NCBI GenBank assembly: GCA_001821555.1 | Contig: MHMM01000010.1 | Coordinates: 19,629-83,628 of the forward strand | Source: Candidatus Nealsonbacteria bacterium RIFOXYB1_FULL_40_15 | GTDB lineage: Bacteria > Patescibacteriota > Minisyncoccia > Minisyncoccales > GWA2-38-27 | Direction of reading: 5' to 3' | Length of the DNA: 64,000 nt | In this document: positions 18,198 to 26,262 of the stretch, piece after piece | How positions within the stretch are numbered: the first letter of the stretch is position 1 | Layout of the letters: each line of letters starts with the position of its first letter | The notes under the pieces: model-generated | Database searches by the model: none | What the model was told of the DNA's origin: nothing | What the model saw: the letters and a program-made list of their open reading frames with translations, nothing else | Translations under genes and position numbers: made by a program

Positions 18198-19450
18198 TTT
18201 ACTGCTTCCAATAAATTATTTGCTAAGGGAAGGTCTCTTTTTAAAAGATGCTTTTGGTCTTTCATCCCATACCCTGTTTTTACTCCTATAAATCTGACTC
18301 CTGCGTTTTCTGCAGTTTTGGCATCAATTGTTGAATCTCCTACAAAAAAGCTTTCTTTAAGGTCTATGTTCAATTCGGAAACCGCTTTTTCTATCAGGCC
18401 TATCTTGGGCTTTCTGCAGAAGCAGTCTATTTTTAGCTCTTCTATCTCACCCTTGAATCCTTTCTCGGGATGGTGGGGACAATAATATACAGCGTCTATC
18501 TTAGCTCCTTTTGCCGAAAGCCCCGTTTCCATCTTTTTATGGATTTCTGAAAGGTCTGACTCTGTCATAAAACCCTTTGCTATCATTGCTTGGTTCGTGA
18601 CTATGACAGCCAGCATTCCGGAATCATTTATCATTCTGACTGCCTCTGGAGTGAAGTCATACATTTTAAAATCCTCCGCTCTGCTTAATTGATCCACCTC
18701 CTCATTTATAACCCCGTCTCTGTCCAAAAACACAGCTTTTCTTTTATTCTTTAAATTAAATTTGCTTATTTTCCCTAAAAAGTAATCTTCGTTTACTTTT
18801 TTTAACCTTTCGGGAGTTCCTATATCTTTAAAGTATTCCGGCGTGTTGTAGGCATACATCCTTTTTTCGGCCTGAATAACTTTCGGAAAAACATCTTTTT
18901 CAACGTCGCATTTGCCTTGAGGTATATATCCGAATATTTCGGGAGAAAACATCATTACCGAAGCTATGCTCAAATTCTGAAAGTTTTTAGAAACATCATG
19001 TGGCCTTGTATGAAGGCGGATAATCTCATCCATGCTGTTTTTTTCTACTAAGTCGCTGTCTAAAGGGTGATCGTTGGGATGAACTATTAAAGAAGCTAGA
19101 GGGTTTCTTTTTTGATTATGCCAGCCGACAAATCTTGGAACATCAAAATCCATCATAATATCTCCTGATAGGAATAAAAAATCTTCTTTTATTTCTTTTT
19201 CCAGCTGTTTCAACGCACCTGCTGTTCCTAATGGTTCTTTTTCCTGAACGCAATAAACTTGGCTCTTTAGATAGTCTTTCACCTGATCCCCCATATGCCC
19301 CAAAAGAACCGTGATATCGTCTATTCCGCCTTCTTTCAAAAGCGAAATCTGGTGCTCTATTACAGGTTTTTCTCCTATTTTCACCAGCGCTTTGGGCATA
19401 TTTGCTTTAAGGCGTGTTCCTTTTCCGCCTGCTGCGATAACTGCTTTCAT
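18179..19450 (-). CDS. Bifunctional D-glycero-alpha-D-manno-heptose-1-phosphate nucleotidyl(guanylyl)transferase / heptose 1,7-bisphosphate phosphatase (HddC-GmhB fusion)
   Basis: N-terminal MKAVIAAGGKGTRL (NTP-transferase) and C-terminal VFLDRDGVINEE...IVTNQ...FVGDSTIDAKTA (HAD, GmhB type). Sits next to gmhA and hddA. Confidence 0.8.
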   Translation of the reverse strand: MKAVIAAGGKGTRLKANMPKALVKIGEKPVIEHQISLLKEGGIDDITVLLGHMGDQVKDYLKSQVYCVQEKEPLGTAGALKQLEKEIKEDFLFLSGDIMMDFDVPRFVGWHNQKRNPLASLIVHPNDHPLDSDLVEKNSMDEIIRLHTRPHDVSKNFQNLSIASVMMFSPEIFGYIPQGKCDVEKDVFPKVIQAEKRMYAYNTPEYFKDIGTPERLKKVNEDYFLGKISKFNLKNKRKAVFLDRDGVINEEVDQLSRAEDFKMYDFTPEAVRMINDSGMLAVIVTNQAMIAKGFMTESDLSEIHKKMETGLSAKGAKIDAVYYCPHHPEKGFKGEIEELKIDCFCRKPKIGLIEKAVSELNIDLKESFFVGDSTIDAKTAENAGVRFIGVKTGYGMKDQKHLLKRDLPLANNLLEAVKWIINP

Positions 19451-20010
19451 GAGAAGATATTTTTTTCTATTAGTTCGCAGATAATATGGCCTATCATTAT
19501 ATGGGCCTCTTGGATTCTAGGCGTATCCTTGGAAGGAACTTTTATAATATGCCTGCACAGCTTAAACATTTTGCCTCCTCCCTCGCCCGTCATTCCTATT
19601 GTTATCATTTCCAGGTTGTTTGCGGTTTCCAAAGCTTTTACTATATTTTCTGAATTCCCGGATGTTGATATGCCGACCAAAACATCTCCCTTTTTCCCCA
19701 AAGCTCTTACCATTCTTGAAAAAACCTCTTGATAAGAATAGTCGTTTGCAACGGCGGTTAAAAAAGAGGCATTGCAGTGAAGGGCATCGGCCGGCAATGG
19801 GTCTCTGTCAAAGTAAAACCTTCCCGAAAGCTCGGCTGCCAAATGCTGGGCATCTGCGGCCGACCCCCCGTTTCCGCAAAAAAGGGCTTTTCCTCCTGAT
19901 TTAAAACAAGAAGTCATGACATCAGAAATTTCTTTGATTTCAGAAAGGATTTCTTCGTTTTCTAAAATCTTCTTTTTAACCTCTATTGAAGACAATATCC
20001 TGTTTTTCAT
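19447..20010 (-). CDS. gmhA: Phosphoheptose (sedoheptulose-7-phosphate) isomerase
   Basis: SIS domain with GNGGSAADAQHLAAEL and ISTSGNSENI. Confidence 0.85.
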   Translation of the reverse strand: MKNRILSSIEVKKKILENEEILSEIKEISDVMTSCFKSGGKALFCGNGGSAADAQHLAAELSGRFYFDRDPLPADALHCNASFLTAVANDYSYQEVFSRMVRALGKKGDVLVGISTSGNSENIVKALETANNLEMITIGMTGEGGGKMFKLCRHIIKVPSKDTPRIQEAHIMIGHIICELIEKNIFS

Positions 20011-21004
20011 ATGATTCCTGGGGACCGTTAAATATTATTTGACTTCCAGCAGACTCAAAGCGGAACGGAACATGGAGAAATCCCTGAAGTTTATCCTTTA
20101 CCCTGTCTTGGTTTTCGAGCGGGACAAATAAAAGAAGAAATCCTCCCCCTCCGGCTCCGCAAAGCTTCCCTCCTATAGCTCCCGCCCTTAAAGCCGTTTC
20201 GTAAATCTGGTCTATCTGGCTGTTGGAAATTAAGCTGGTAAGCCCTCTTTTCAAAAGCCAGGATTGATGAAGAAGCTTTCCAAATTCAAAAACATTAAAG
20301 TTATCTTTGCAAAGAATGCCTACGGCCTCGTCAACCATTGATTTCATCATAGACAGCTCGGATTTCTTGGACGGAGTCTTTTGTATCTGCTCTTTTGCGA
20401 TATCGGAGGCGCTTCTGGAAAATCCCGTAAAAAAGAGCATCAAATGGTCCTGCAAGATTTGAAGCTTTTCAGAACTTATTATCACGGGCTGAACGCTGAT
20501 CTCTTCTGCTCCTCCGAAATTTATCCTGTTAAACCCCCCGTAAGCTGCAGCGGTTTGATCTTGAGATCCCACATTTTCTTTTATTATATTCTGCTCTACA
20601 TTTATAGCGTCTAGGGCGAGCTGCCTTTTTGCAGCCATCTTTCCTGAAAGTCCGTAAAGAGAATTCAAAAATCCTACGGTAAAAGCAGAGCTTGACCCTA
20701 TTCCCGACATAGCAGGCAAGTCAGAAGTATGAACCATCTCAACCCCCGAGTCTATATTCATAAATCTCAAACATTCTCTTACGGAGGGATGTTTTATTTC
20801 TGATATTTCAGAAACCTCCTCTCTCGTCGCATATCTTATTCTATATTTATAATTAAAGAAGGGCGGCAGATAACGGCTGCTTATATAGCAGTATTTGTTT
20901 ATCGTCGTGCTCAAAACAGATCCTCCATTTTCCTTATACCAAACAGGATAATCCGTGCCTCCTCCGAAAAAAGATATTCTAAATGGTGTTTTACTTATAA
21001 GCAT
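19976..21004 (-). CDS. hddA: GHMP kinase, D-glycero-alpha-D-manno-heptose-7-phosphate kinase
   Basis: KTPFRISFFGGGTDYP N-terminus and PAMSGIGSSSAFTVG GHMP motif II. Confidence 0.75.
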   Translation of the reverse strand: MLISKTPFRISFFGGGTDYPVWYKENGGSVLSTTINKYCYISSRYLPPFFNYKYRIRYATREEVSEISEIKHPSVRECLRFMNIDSGVEMVHTSDLPAMSGIGSSSAFTVGFLNSLYGLSGKMAAKRQLALDAINVEQNIIKENVGSQDQTAAAYGGFNRINFGGAEEISVQPVIISSEKLQILQDHLMLFFTGFSRSASDIAKEQIQKTPSKKSELSMMKSMVDEAVGILCKDNFNVFEFGKLLHQSWLLKRGLTSLISNSQIDQIYETALRAGAIGGKLCGAGGGGFLLLFVPLENQDRVKDKLQGFLHVPFRFESAGSQIIFNGPQESYEKQDIVFNRG

Positions 21005-21963
21005 TACTTTATTGTCTTATTTTTATACCAGTCAACCATTTTTTTTATGCCTTCTTCTATAGAAGTTCTTGCCTCAAAACCCAAAAGATTTTTCGCCTTG
21101 GCAGGATTTATAAGTCTCTTGGGAATCATTGTCGGCTTTGAAGCGTCAAATGCTATTTTTGCGTCTTCGTAATCAGCAGCTTTTAAGATAGCATTCAGTA
21201 TTTCTTTTATGGTACAGGGTTGGCCCGTTGCAAGATTTACCGGTTCAAAGCTTTCTATTTTCTCCATCGCAAGCATCATTCCTTCAACAAGATCTTCAAT
21301 ATAAATAAAATCTTTGATGTCGTTTCCGTCTCCCCATACCTCTATGGGGTCGTGTCTTTCCACCGCTTTTCTTACCAAAGCCGGTATCACGTGCGATCTT
21401 TCCCAATCAAATTCAGCATAGGGGCCGTAGCTATTAGCCGGCCTGACAACTACTGTTTTCATGGGGTTTTTTACCTTTGTGTACATTTCGCAGAGAACCT
21501 CTGAAAACTGCTTCATCCAGGCGACAAAATAATATTTAGGATAAAGATTTCCGTATTCCATATCTTCTTCCTTTACCGGATCTTCCGAATTAGGATATAC
21601 TGTATTACTGCTTATAAACAAGAACTTTTTTACGCCGGCTTCATAACTTGCCTTGAGCATCAAGCTATTCATCATAATATTGGGTGTAACATGGACTAGG
21701 GGGGTCTTTTCCATCACAGCAGCTCCTGAAGTATTTGCGGCAGCCATAAAAACATAATCCATTCCCTCAACCGCCTTATGGCAGTCTTCTTCTTTGGTAA
21801 AATCGCGCTTAACATACTCTGCCTTAGAATTTCTCAACTGCGGTTCCTGTAGATCAGCAGACCTCACTATGGCTTTATCCTCAAGAAGCTTTATTGCCAG
21901 ATTGGTCCCGATAAATCCGGAGCCACCCGCAACCAAAACTTTTTTATTTTCAAAATATCCCAT
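21004..21963 (-). CDS. NAD-dependent NDP-sugar epimerase/reductase (GDP-fucose-synthase-like SDR)
   Basis: VLVAGGSGFIGTNL. Its stop overlaps the hddA start by 1 nt (TAATG). Confidence 0.7.
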   Translation of the reverse strand: MGYFENKKVLVAGGSGFIGTNLAIKLLEDKAIVRSADLQEPQLRNSKAEYVKRDFTKEEDCHKAVEGMDYVFMAAANTSGAAVMEKTPLVHVTPNIMMNSLMLKASYEAGVKKFLFISSNTVYPNSEDPVKEEDMEYGNLYPKYYFVAWMKQFSEVLCEMYTKVKNPMKTVVVRPANSYGPYAEFDWERSHVIPALVRKAVERHDPIEVWGDGNDIKDFIYIEDLVEGMMLAMEKIESFEPVNLATGQPCTIKEILNAILKAADYEDAKIAFDASKPTMIPKRLINPAKAKNLLGFEARTSIEEGIKKMVDWYKNKTIK

Positions 21964-21969
21964 ATATTT

Positions 21970-22851
21970 TTATCTCCACCTTCCTTTTGGCCCCTGGGTA
22001 ATAGTCAGGAGATGTTTTTCTTCAAAAGGAAAAAATGGCTTTAACCTTTTTTTTGATAATATTCCCATTTCTGGGGCATTATTTAGACAGTGGACTGGAC
22101 CTGAAAATCCAGGATCTTTTGGAACCCAAAAACTGTCCAAAAGCTGCCTGTCCGTAGTAAGCCCGTGCTCCATAAAAAGGCGCGTTTTCTTTTTTCCCTT
22201 TCTAAAAACACTCTGGTAGCACAAAGAAGCTGTCTTATGGATAAATTTATTTTGCATTATTTTGGGCCTTTTTTTAATTATTTTATTCCAAGGATGAAAC
22301 TCTTCAATCCAGGCATCTTTTGAAAGCAAAACTCTTCCTCCTATTTCATACATTCTCATAGCCAAGTCCAAATCCCAAAACATAGACATAAAAGACCTGT
22401 CTATCCCCCCCAGCTCTTTCCACATTTTTTTAGTCATCAGGCCGGCTGCCGGCATAATCGGAGAATTCGGTTCTCTCACCCAATAACGAGCTGATTCTTC
22501 GGCTATGTCTTTTCCAAACAGGACATACCGGCAGGAAAGTATTATTTTTTCATCATTCAGCTCTTTGAAAGCCCGTAAAAGATTGTCCAATGCATGGGGT
22601 GAAAAAACACAGTCGTCCGCAAAAGGCATAATGTACTCTGAAGTCGCGTATCTTGCTGCTATTTCAACGCATTGAACAGGCTTTGTTTCAGAATAGATAA
22701 AATGACAGTTTTCAGGAAGCTTGAATTTGGGAGGGTTGTCTCCGACAAATATTACTTCAAAAGGAACATCATTTTTTTTCAATGACTTGTAGAGTCTCAT
22801 CCAGAGATCAGGCCTCACCGCAGAGCTGAATAGACTTATAACAGGTTTCAT
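21970..22851 (-). CDS. Family X copy 1: uncharacterised divergent GT2/GT-A-like transferase
   Basis: ISLFSSAVRPDLWM, FADDCVF (DxD-like) and FWDLDLAMRMYEIGGRV (GT2-like ED...R...G). C-terminal tail LTITQGPKGRWR. Paralogs at 31633..32547 and 36000..36869. Confidence 0.5.
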   Translation of the reverse strand: MKPVISLFSSAVRPDLWMRLYKSLKKNDVPFEVIFVGDNPPKFKLPENCHFIYSETKPVQCVEIAARYATSEYIMPFADDCVFSPHALDNLLRAFKELNDEKIILSCRYVLFGKDIAEESARYWVREPNSPIMPAAGLMTKKMWKELGGIDRSFMSMFWDLDLAMRMYEIGGRVLLSKDAWIEEFHPWNKIIKKRPKIMQNKFIHKTASLCYQSVFRKGKKKTRLFMEHGLTTDRQLLDSFWVPKDPGFSGPVHCLNNAPEMGILSKKRLKPFFPFEEKHLLTITQGPKGRWR

Positions 22852-23381
22852 ACTACTTTTCCTTCTTCGTCTCTCATTGATATAATTGGGTTTTTAATCG
22901 GCCACCAGATTTTAAACCTGGGATCATCAAATTTATAAGTAAATTGCCGGTTCATCCCCTGGTAGTAGCAAGACTGTTTGTAATTGAAGACCGCGTTATC
23001 GGATAAAACCTGGTAAGCATGCCCGTGCTTAGGAGGGATTAAAAGCTGTCTTCCGTTTTCTCTGGTAAGTATAAAGTTCTGCCACTTTCCGAAATTAGGA
23101 GAGCTTTCGTCGCAGTTAACGACGACTATATAGAATTTCCCGAACAGACAGGTGACCAGCTTCCAGGTTCTATCGTCGCCGTGTATTCCTCTCAAAACAT
23201 TCTTTGTTGACCAGGCATAATCATCTTCAAGGAACTGAACATCTTCGCCCAGTTCTTTTTTTATGGCTTCTTCATAATCCTGCTTATGGTAAAGCTGGGT
23301 ATATGTGCCCCTGTGGTCTTCAAAGTGGTTAAGCTGAAACATCAGCACCCTTTCCAGCCCAGTTCTTGACGCTTGGATCAT
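22848..23381 (-). CDS. RmlC-like cupin (NDP-4-keto-sugar 3,5-epimerase or ketoisomerase)
   Basis: FEDHRGTYTQLY, VLRGIHGD and PPKHGHAYQVLSDNAVFNYK. Confidence 0.7.
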   Translation of the reverse strand: MIQASRTGLERVLMFQLNHFEDHRGTYTQLYHKQDYEEAIKKELGEDVQFLEDDYAWSTKNVLRGIHGDDRTWKLVTCLFGKFYIVVVNCDESSPNFGKWQNFILTRENGRQLLIPPKHGHAYQVLSDNAVFNYKQSCYYQGMNRQFTYKFDDPRFKIWWPIKNPIISMRDEEGKVV

Positions 23382-24367
23382 ATGTTTTTAAAATAATTCT
23401 TTCTTTTTAAATATTCGTCCTGGTGCTGGACAAACCAGTCCCAGGTTTCCTTAAGCCCCTGGACTAAAGGGGTGGAAGGATCGTATCCGATTGTTTCTCT
23501 AGCTAAAGAAATATCCATTACTCTTCTTGGAAAACCGGAAGGCTTTGTGCTATCAAATACATACTTAAAATCTAAAAAACTATTCAAAGATTCCACCAAT
23601 TCCTTGACTGAATATCCCTTGCCGGATCCTAAATTTACAAATCCTCCCTTGGTTCCGTGGTAGAGAGCCAGTATTATTCCTTCAGCGACATCCCTACTGT
23701 AAGCAAAATCCCTTATGGCTTTGCCGTCCCCCCAGACAACGACCGGATTTTCTTTATGAAGAATCCTGTACATCAAAGAAGGTATTACCATTGCGTTTTC
23801 AGGGTCAAAATTGTCTCCCGGCCCGTAGACATTGCATGGCCTCACAACGGCAAAATTCTCCATTCCATACTGTATCTTATACGAAGCAACCTGAAGTTCA
23901 GCCATTCTTTTCGCCCAGCCGGGAAACATATCCATAGGAGGACCCTCTAAGTTTTCGTCTTCTTTAAAAACTTCCGCAGAGCTGTAAGCTCCTATGGAAC
24001 TTGTGTATACTGCCTTTTCCACATTATTTATCCTGCAGGCCTCAAGCATATTGGTATTCATCATCAGCAAAGGAACGAAAAAGCTTGCCGGCATTTTTTT
24101 GGTAACCTCTATGGATCCTTTTATGCCCGAAATATGGAATACGAAATCCATCCCCTTCGTAGCTTCCTTGCAAAAAGAGAGGTCAGTCAAATCTCCGTAA
24201 ACATGCTCTGCTCTGTCATCTACGTTTATTCTGTCCAAAGAGACGATTTTAACAATTCCTCCCTGTTCCGCCAAAATATCAACCACCTGCCTTCCTATGA
24301 GGCCCGTGCCCCCTGTCACTAGGACTTTCTTTCCTCTAAAACTGTCTAAAATATCTTTTTGTATCAT
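23378..24367 (-). CDS. NAD-dependent NDP-sugar epimerase/reductase (extended SDR)
   Basis: VLVTGGTGLIGRQV Rossmann motif; overall length and pattern of an extended SDR. Confidence 0.75.
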   Translation of the reverse strand: MIQKDILDSFRGKKVLVTGGTGLIGRQVVDILAEQGGIVKIVSLDRINVDDRAEHVYGDLTDLSFCKEATKGMDFVFHISGIKGSIEVTKKMPASFFVPLLMMNTNMLEACRINNVEKAVYTSSIGAYSSAEVFKEDENLEGPPMDMFPGWAKRMAELQVASYKIQYGMENFAVVRPCNVYGPGDNFDPENAMVIPSLMYRILHKENPVVVWGDGKAIRDFAYSRDVAEGIILALYHGTKGGFVNLGSGKGYSVKELVESLNSFLDFKYVFDSTKPSGFPRRVMDISLARETIGYDPSTPLVQGLKETWDWFVQHQDEYLKRKNYFKNI

Positions 24368-26262
24368 ATCTTTTTTAATTGGTTTATTTTAAAATTTGAA
24401 ATAGTAAGCCTCGATTTTACAAAATCCACAGGATTCATTTCTTCTGTTCCTTGAGACTCTGCAAAAGATTCTTTCTTATAAACAACGCCCGAAGAATCAA
24501 AGTATTCAGGAATGCTATATCCAAACCTGATCTTTTCCTTTTCTCTTTTTTCCCAAGAAGGGATGGACGAGCTCTGGTATTTGAACACTTCTTTTAAAAT
24601 GTCTTCCTGAAACCTGATATTTCTCATTTTAAGATATTTCTCTACAAGAACCAACAGTTCTTGGTAAAAAGGATCTTTTTCTTTTATCAATAAAAGCAAC
24701 GCTGCCTCATGTGGCTCAAAAAGCAGGTTTTCTGTGAAATCAAGGGTAATCAGATTCATTCTTCCGTCCAGAACAGCCTGCCTGCTTTCGTTTATCACCC
24801 CTATTGCTTTTTTTACTGCAGGAAAAGAATCTTTTTCTGAAATAATATATTCTATAAGGGCTGTAATGCTTACCGAAAATTCAGATTTCAAGTAGTTGAA
24901 GATAAAAAAGCAAAGCCGGAAATTATACATGGCAAGATAAGCATAAACGAAGGTAAAAGCTCTTTTCCAATCTTCAATGGGCAAGGTTGAATTCGCCACC
25001 ACTATTTCCTCTGTTTCTGATATCCCCGAATTCAAATTCCATCTATGCCTCGGAATCCCTATGGGGCAGGTTTTTGTTTTAATCCCGTATCTTTTTACAT
25101 ATTCGGGCTCCGCCATCTTGGTAGCGTCCAGAAGCCTCAAAAGATAAACTACCAGAAAATGATTCCTGCGCCTGTCTAGGCATTTCTCAAGAGTCGCAAG
25201 AATCGTCTCGTAGCTGTCTTCGGGAAGCCCGAGAATAAGCTCCGTGTAAGTGCTGATTCCCCTTTCAGCAGACTCTTTTTTCAGCTCTTCAAATTCTAAA
25301 AAGTCCATATTGGTTCTTCCTATGGCTTCAAGAGTAGCGGGATTTAAGCTCTGCATGCTCATAGTAAGCTGGGTATGCACGCCTCCTTCTTTCAGCTTTT
25401 CAACTATTTGAAGCATTTTTTTATTTGAATTTTTGAGCCAGTTTATAATAAAATACTTGGGATACCCGGTTTTTCTTCCGGATTCGGCTATCATATCCAC
25501 TATTTCCAAATCCTGGGGAAGAATTCCGAAGTTTGCGTCGGTTCCGAATATATACTCCATTTTGTTTTTAGCCATCCACTCAAGCTCTTTCCCCAGCTTC
25601 TCTTTTTTAAAGGGCATAATTCTAGAAAATTTGGAATTTCCCTGAACGCAGTAGGCGCAAGTGTATGGACATCCCCTATTAGTCTCCCATAAGGCGCCTG
25701 TTATTTTATCTGAATAACAAGCCATGATTTGGTCAAAAGTCCCGTCCAGAAAGGGTGAACCCAGCTCGTCCAAATTTCTTATATATTCCGGCTCTTTGGT
25801 TGAGATTCCTTCCTTGGATCTGAACGAAATTCCAGAAATTGAAGAAATTTCTTTTTTTCCTATCCGGCACAAAAGAATTTCAGAAAAAGGCCATTCTCCC
25901 ATGCCATGGACTGCAATATCTATAAAAGGATAGTCTTCAAAGAAAGATTTTATCAGCTCTTTGTGGTTCGGAATCATCGGGCCTCCGAAAATAACCAGTC
26001 CTTTAGGGTTTGTATTTTTAAAATGCCTGGCTAGCTCCAGACTGTGCCTGAAATTCCAGCTATAGGCAGAAAATGCAGACACATCCGCCTTGGGACAATC
26101 TATATCTTTCCTTAATATTTGGATTTCAAAATCATAAGCATCCGCTATTTCAGGAATTTTCCTGGCATAAGAAACAAGCATCGCAGCCGAAAGCGGAAGG
26201 AAATTCTTCCATGAAGCAGACTGTATCTGATAAACCACGGCTTTTAATTTTTCTTTTTCCAT
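24364..26262 (-). CDS. B12-binding-domain radical SAM enzyme (class B, methyltransferase-like)
   Basis: 632 aa. N-terminal cobalamin-binding-like Rossmann region, then ETNRGCPYTCAYCVQG (CxxxCxxC). Confidence 0.8.
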   Translation of the reverse strand: MEKEKLKAVVYQIQSASWKNFLPLSAAMLVSYARKIPEIADAYDFEIQILRKDIDCPKADVSAFSAYSWNFRHSLELARHFKNTNPKGLVIFGGPMIPNHKELIKSFFEDYPFIDIAVHGMGEWPFSEILLCRIGKKEISSISGISFRSKEGISTKEPEYIRNLDELGSPFLDGTFDQIMACYSDKITGALWETNRGCPYTCAYCVQGNSKFSRIMPFKKEKLGKELEWMAKNKMEYIFGTDANFGILPQDLEIVDMIAESGRKTGYPKYFIINWLKNSNKKMLQIVEKLKEGGVHTQLTMSMQSLNPATLEAIGRTNMDFLEFEELKKESAERGISTYTELILGLPEDSYETILATLEKCLDRRRNHFLVVYLLRLLDATKMAEPEYVKRYGIKTKTCPIGIPRHRWNLNSGISETEEIVVANSTLPIEDWKRAFTFVYAYLAMYNFRLCFFIFNYLKSEFSVSITALIEYIISEKDSFPAVKKAIGVINESRQAVLDGRMNLITLDFTENLLFEPHEAALLLLIKEKDPFYQELLVLVEKYLKMRNIRFQEDILKEVFKYQSSSIPSWEKREKEKIRFGYSIPEYFDSSGVVYKKESFAESQGTEEMNPVDFVKSRLTISNFKINQLKKI

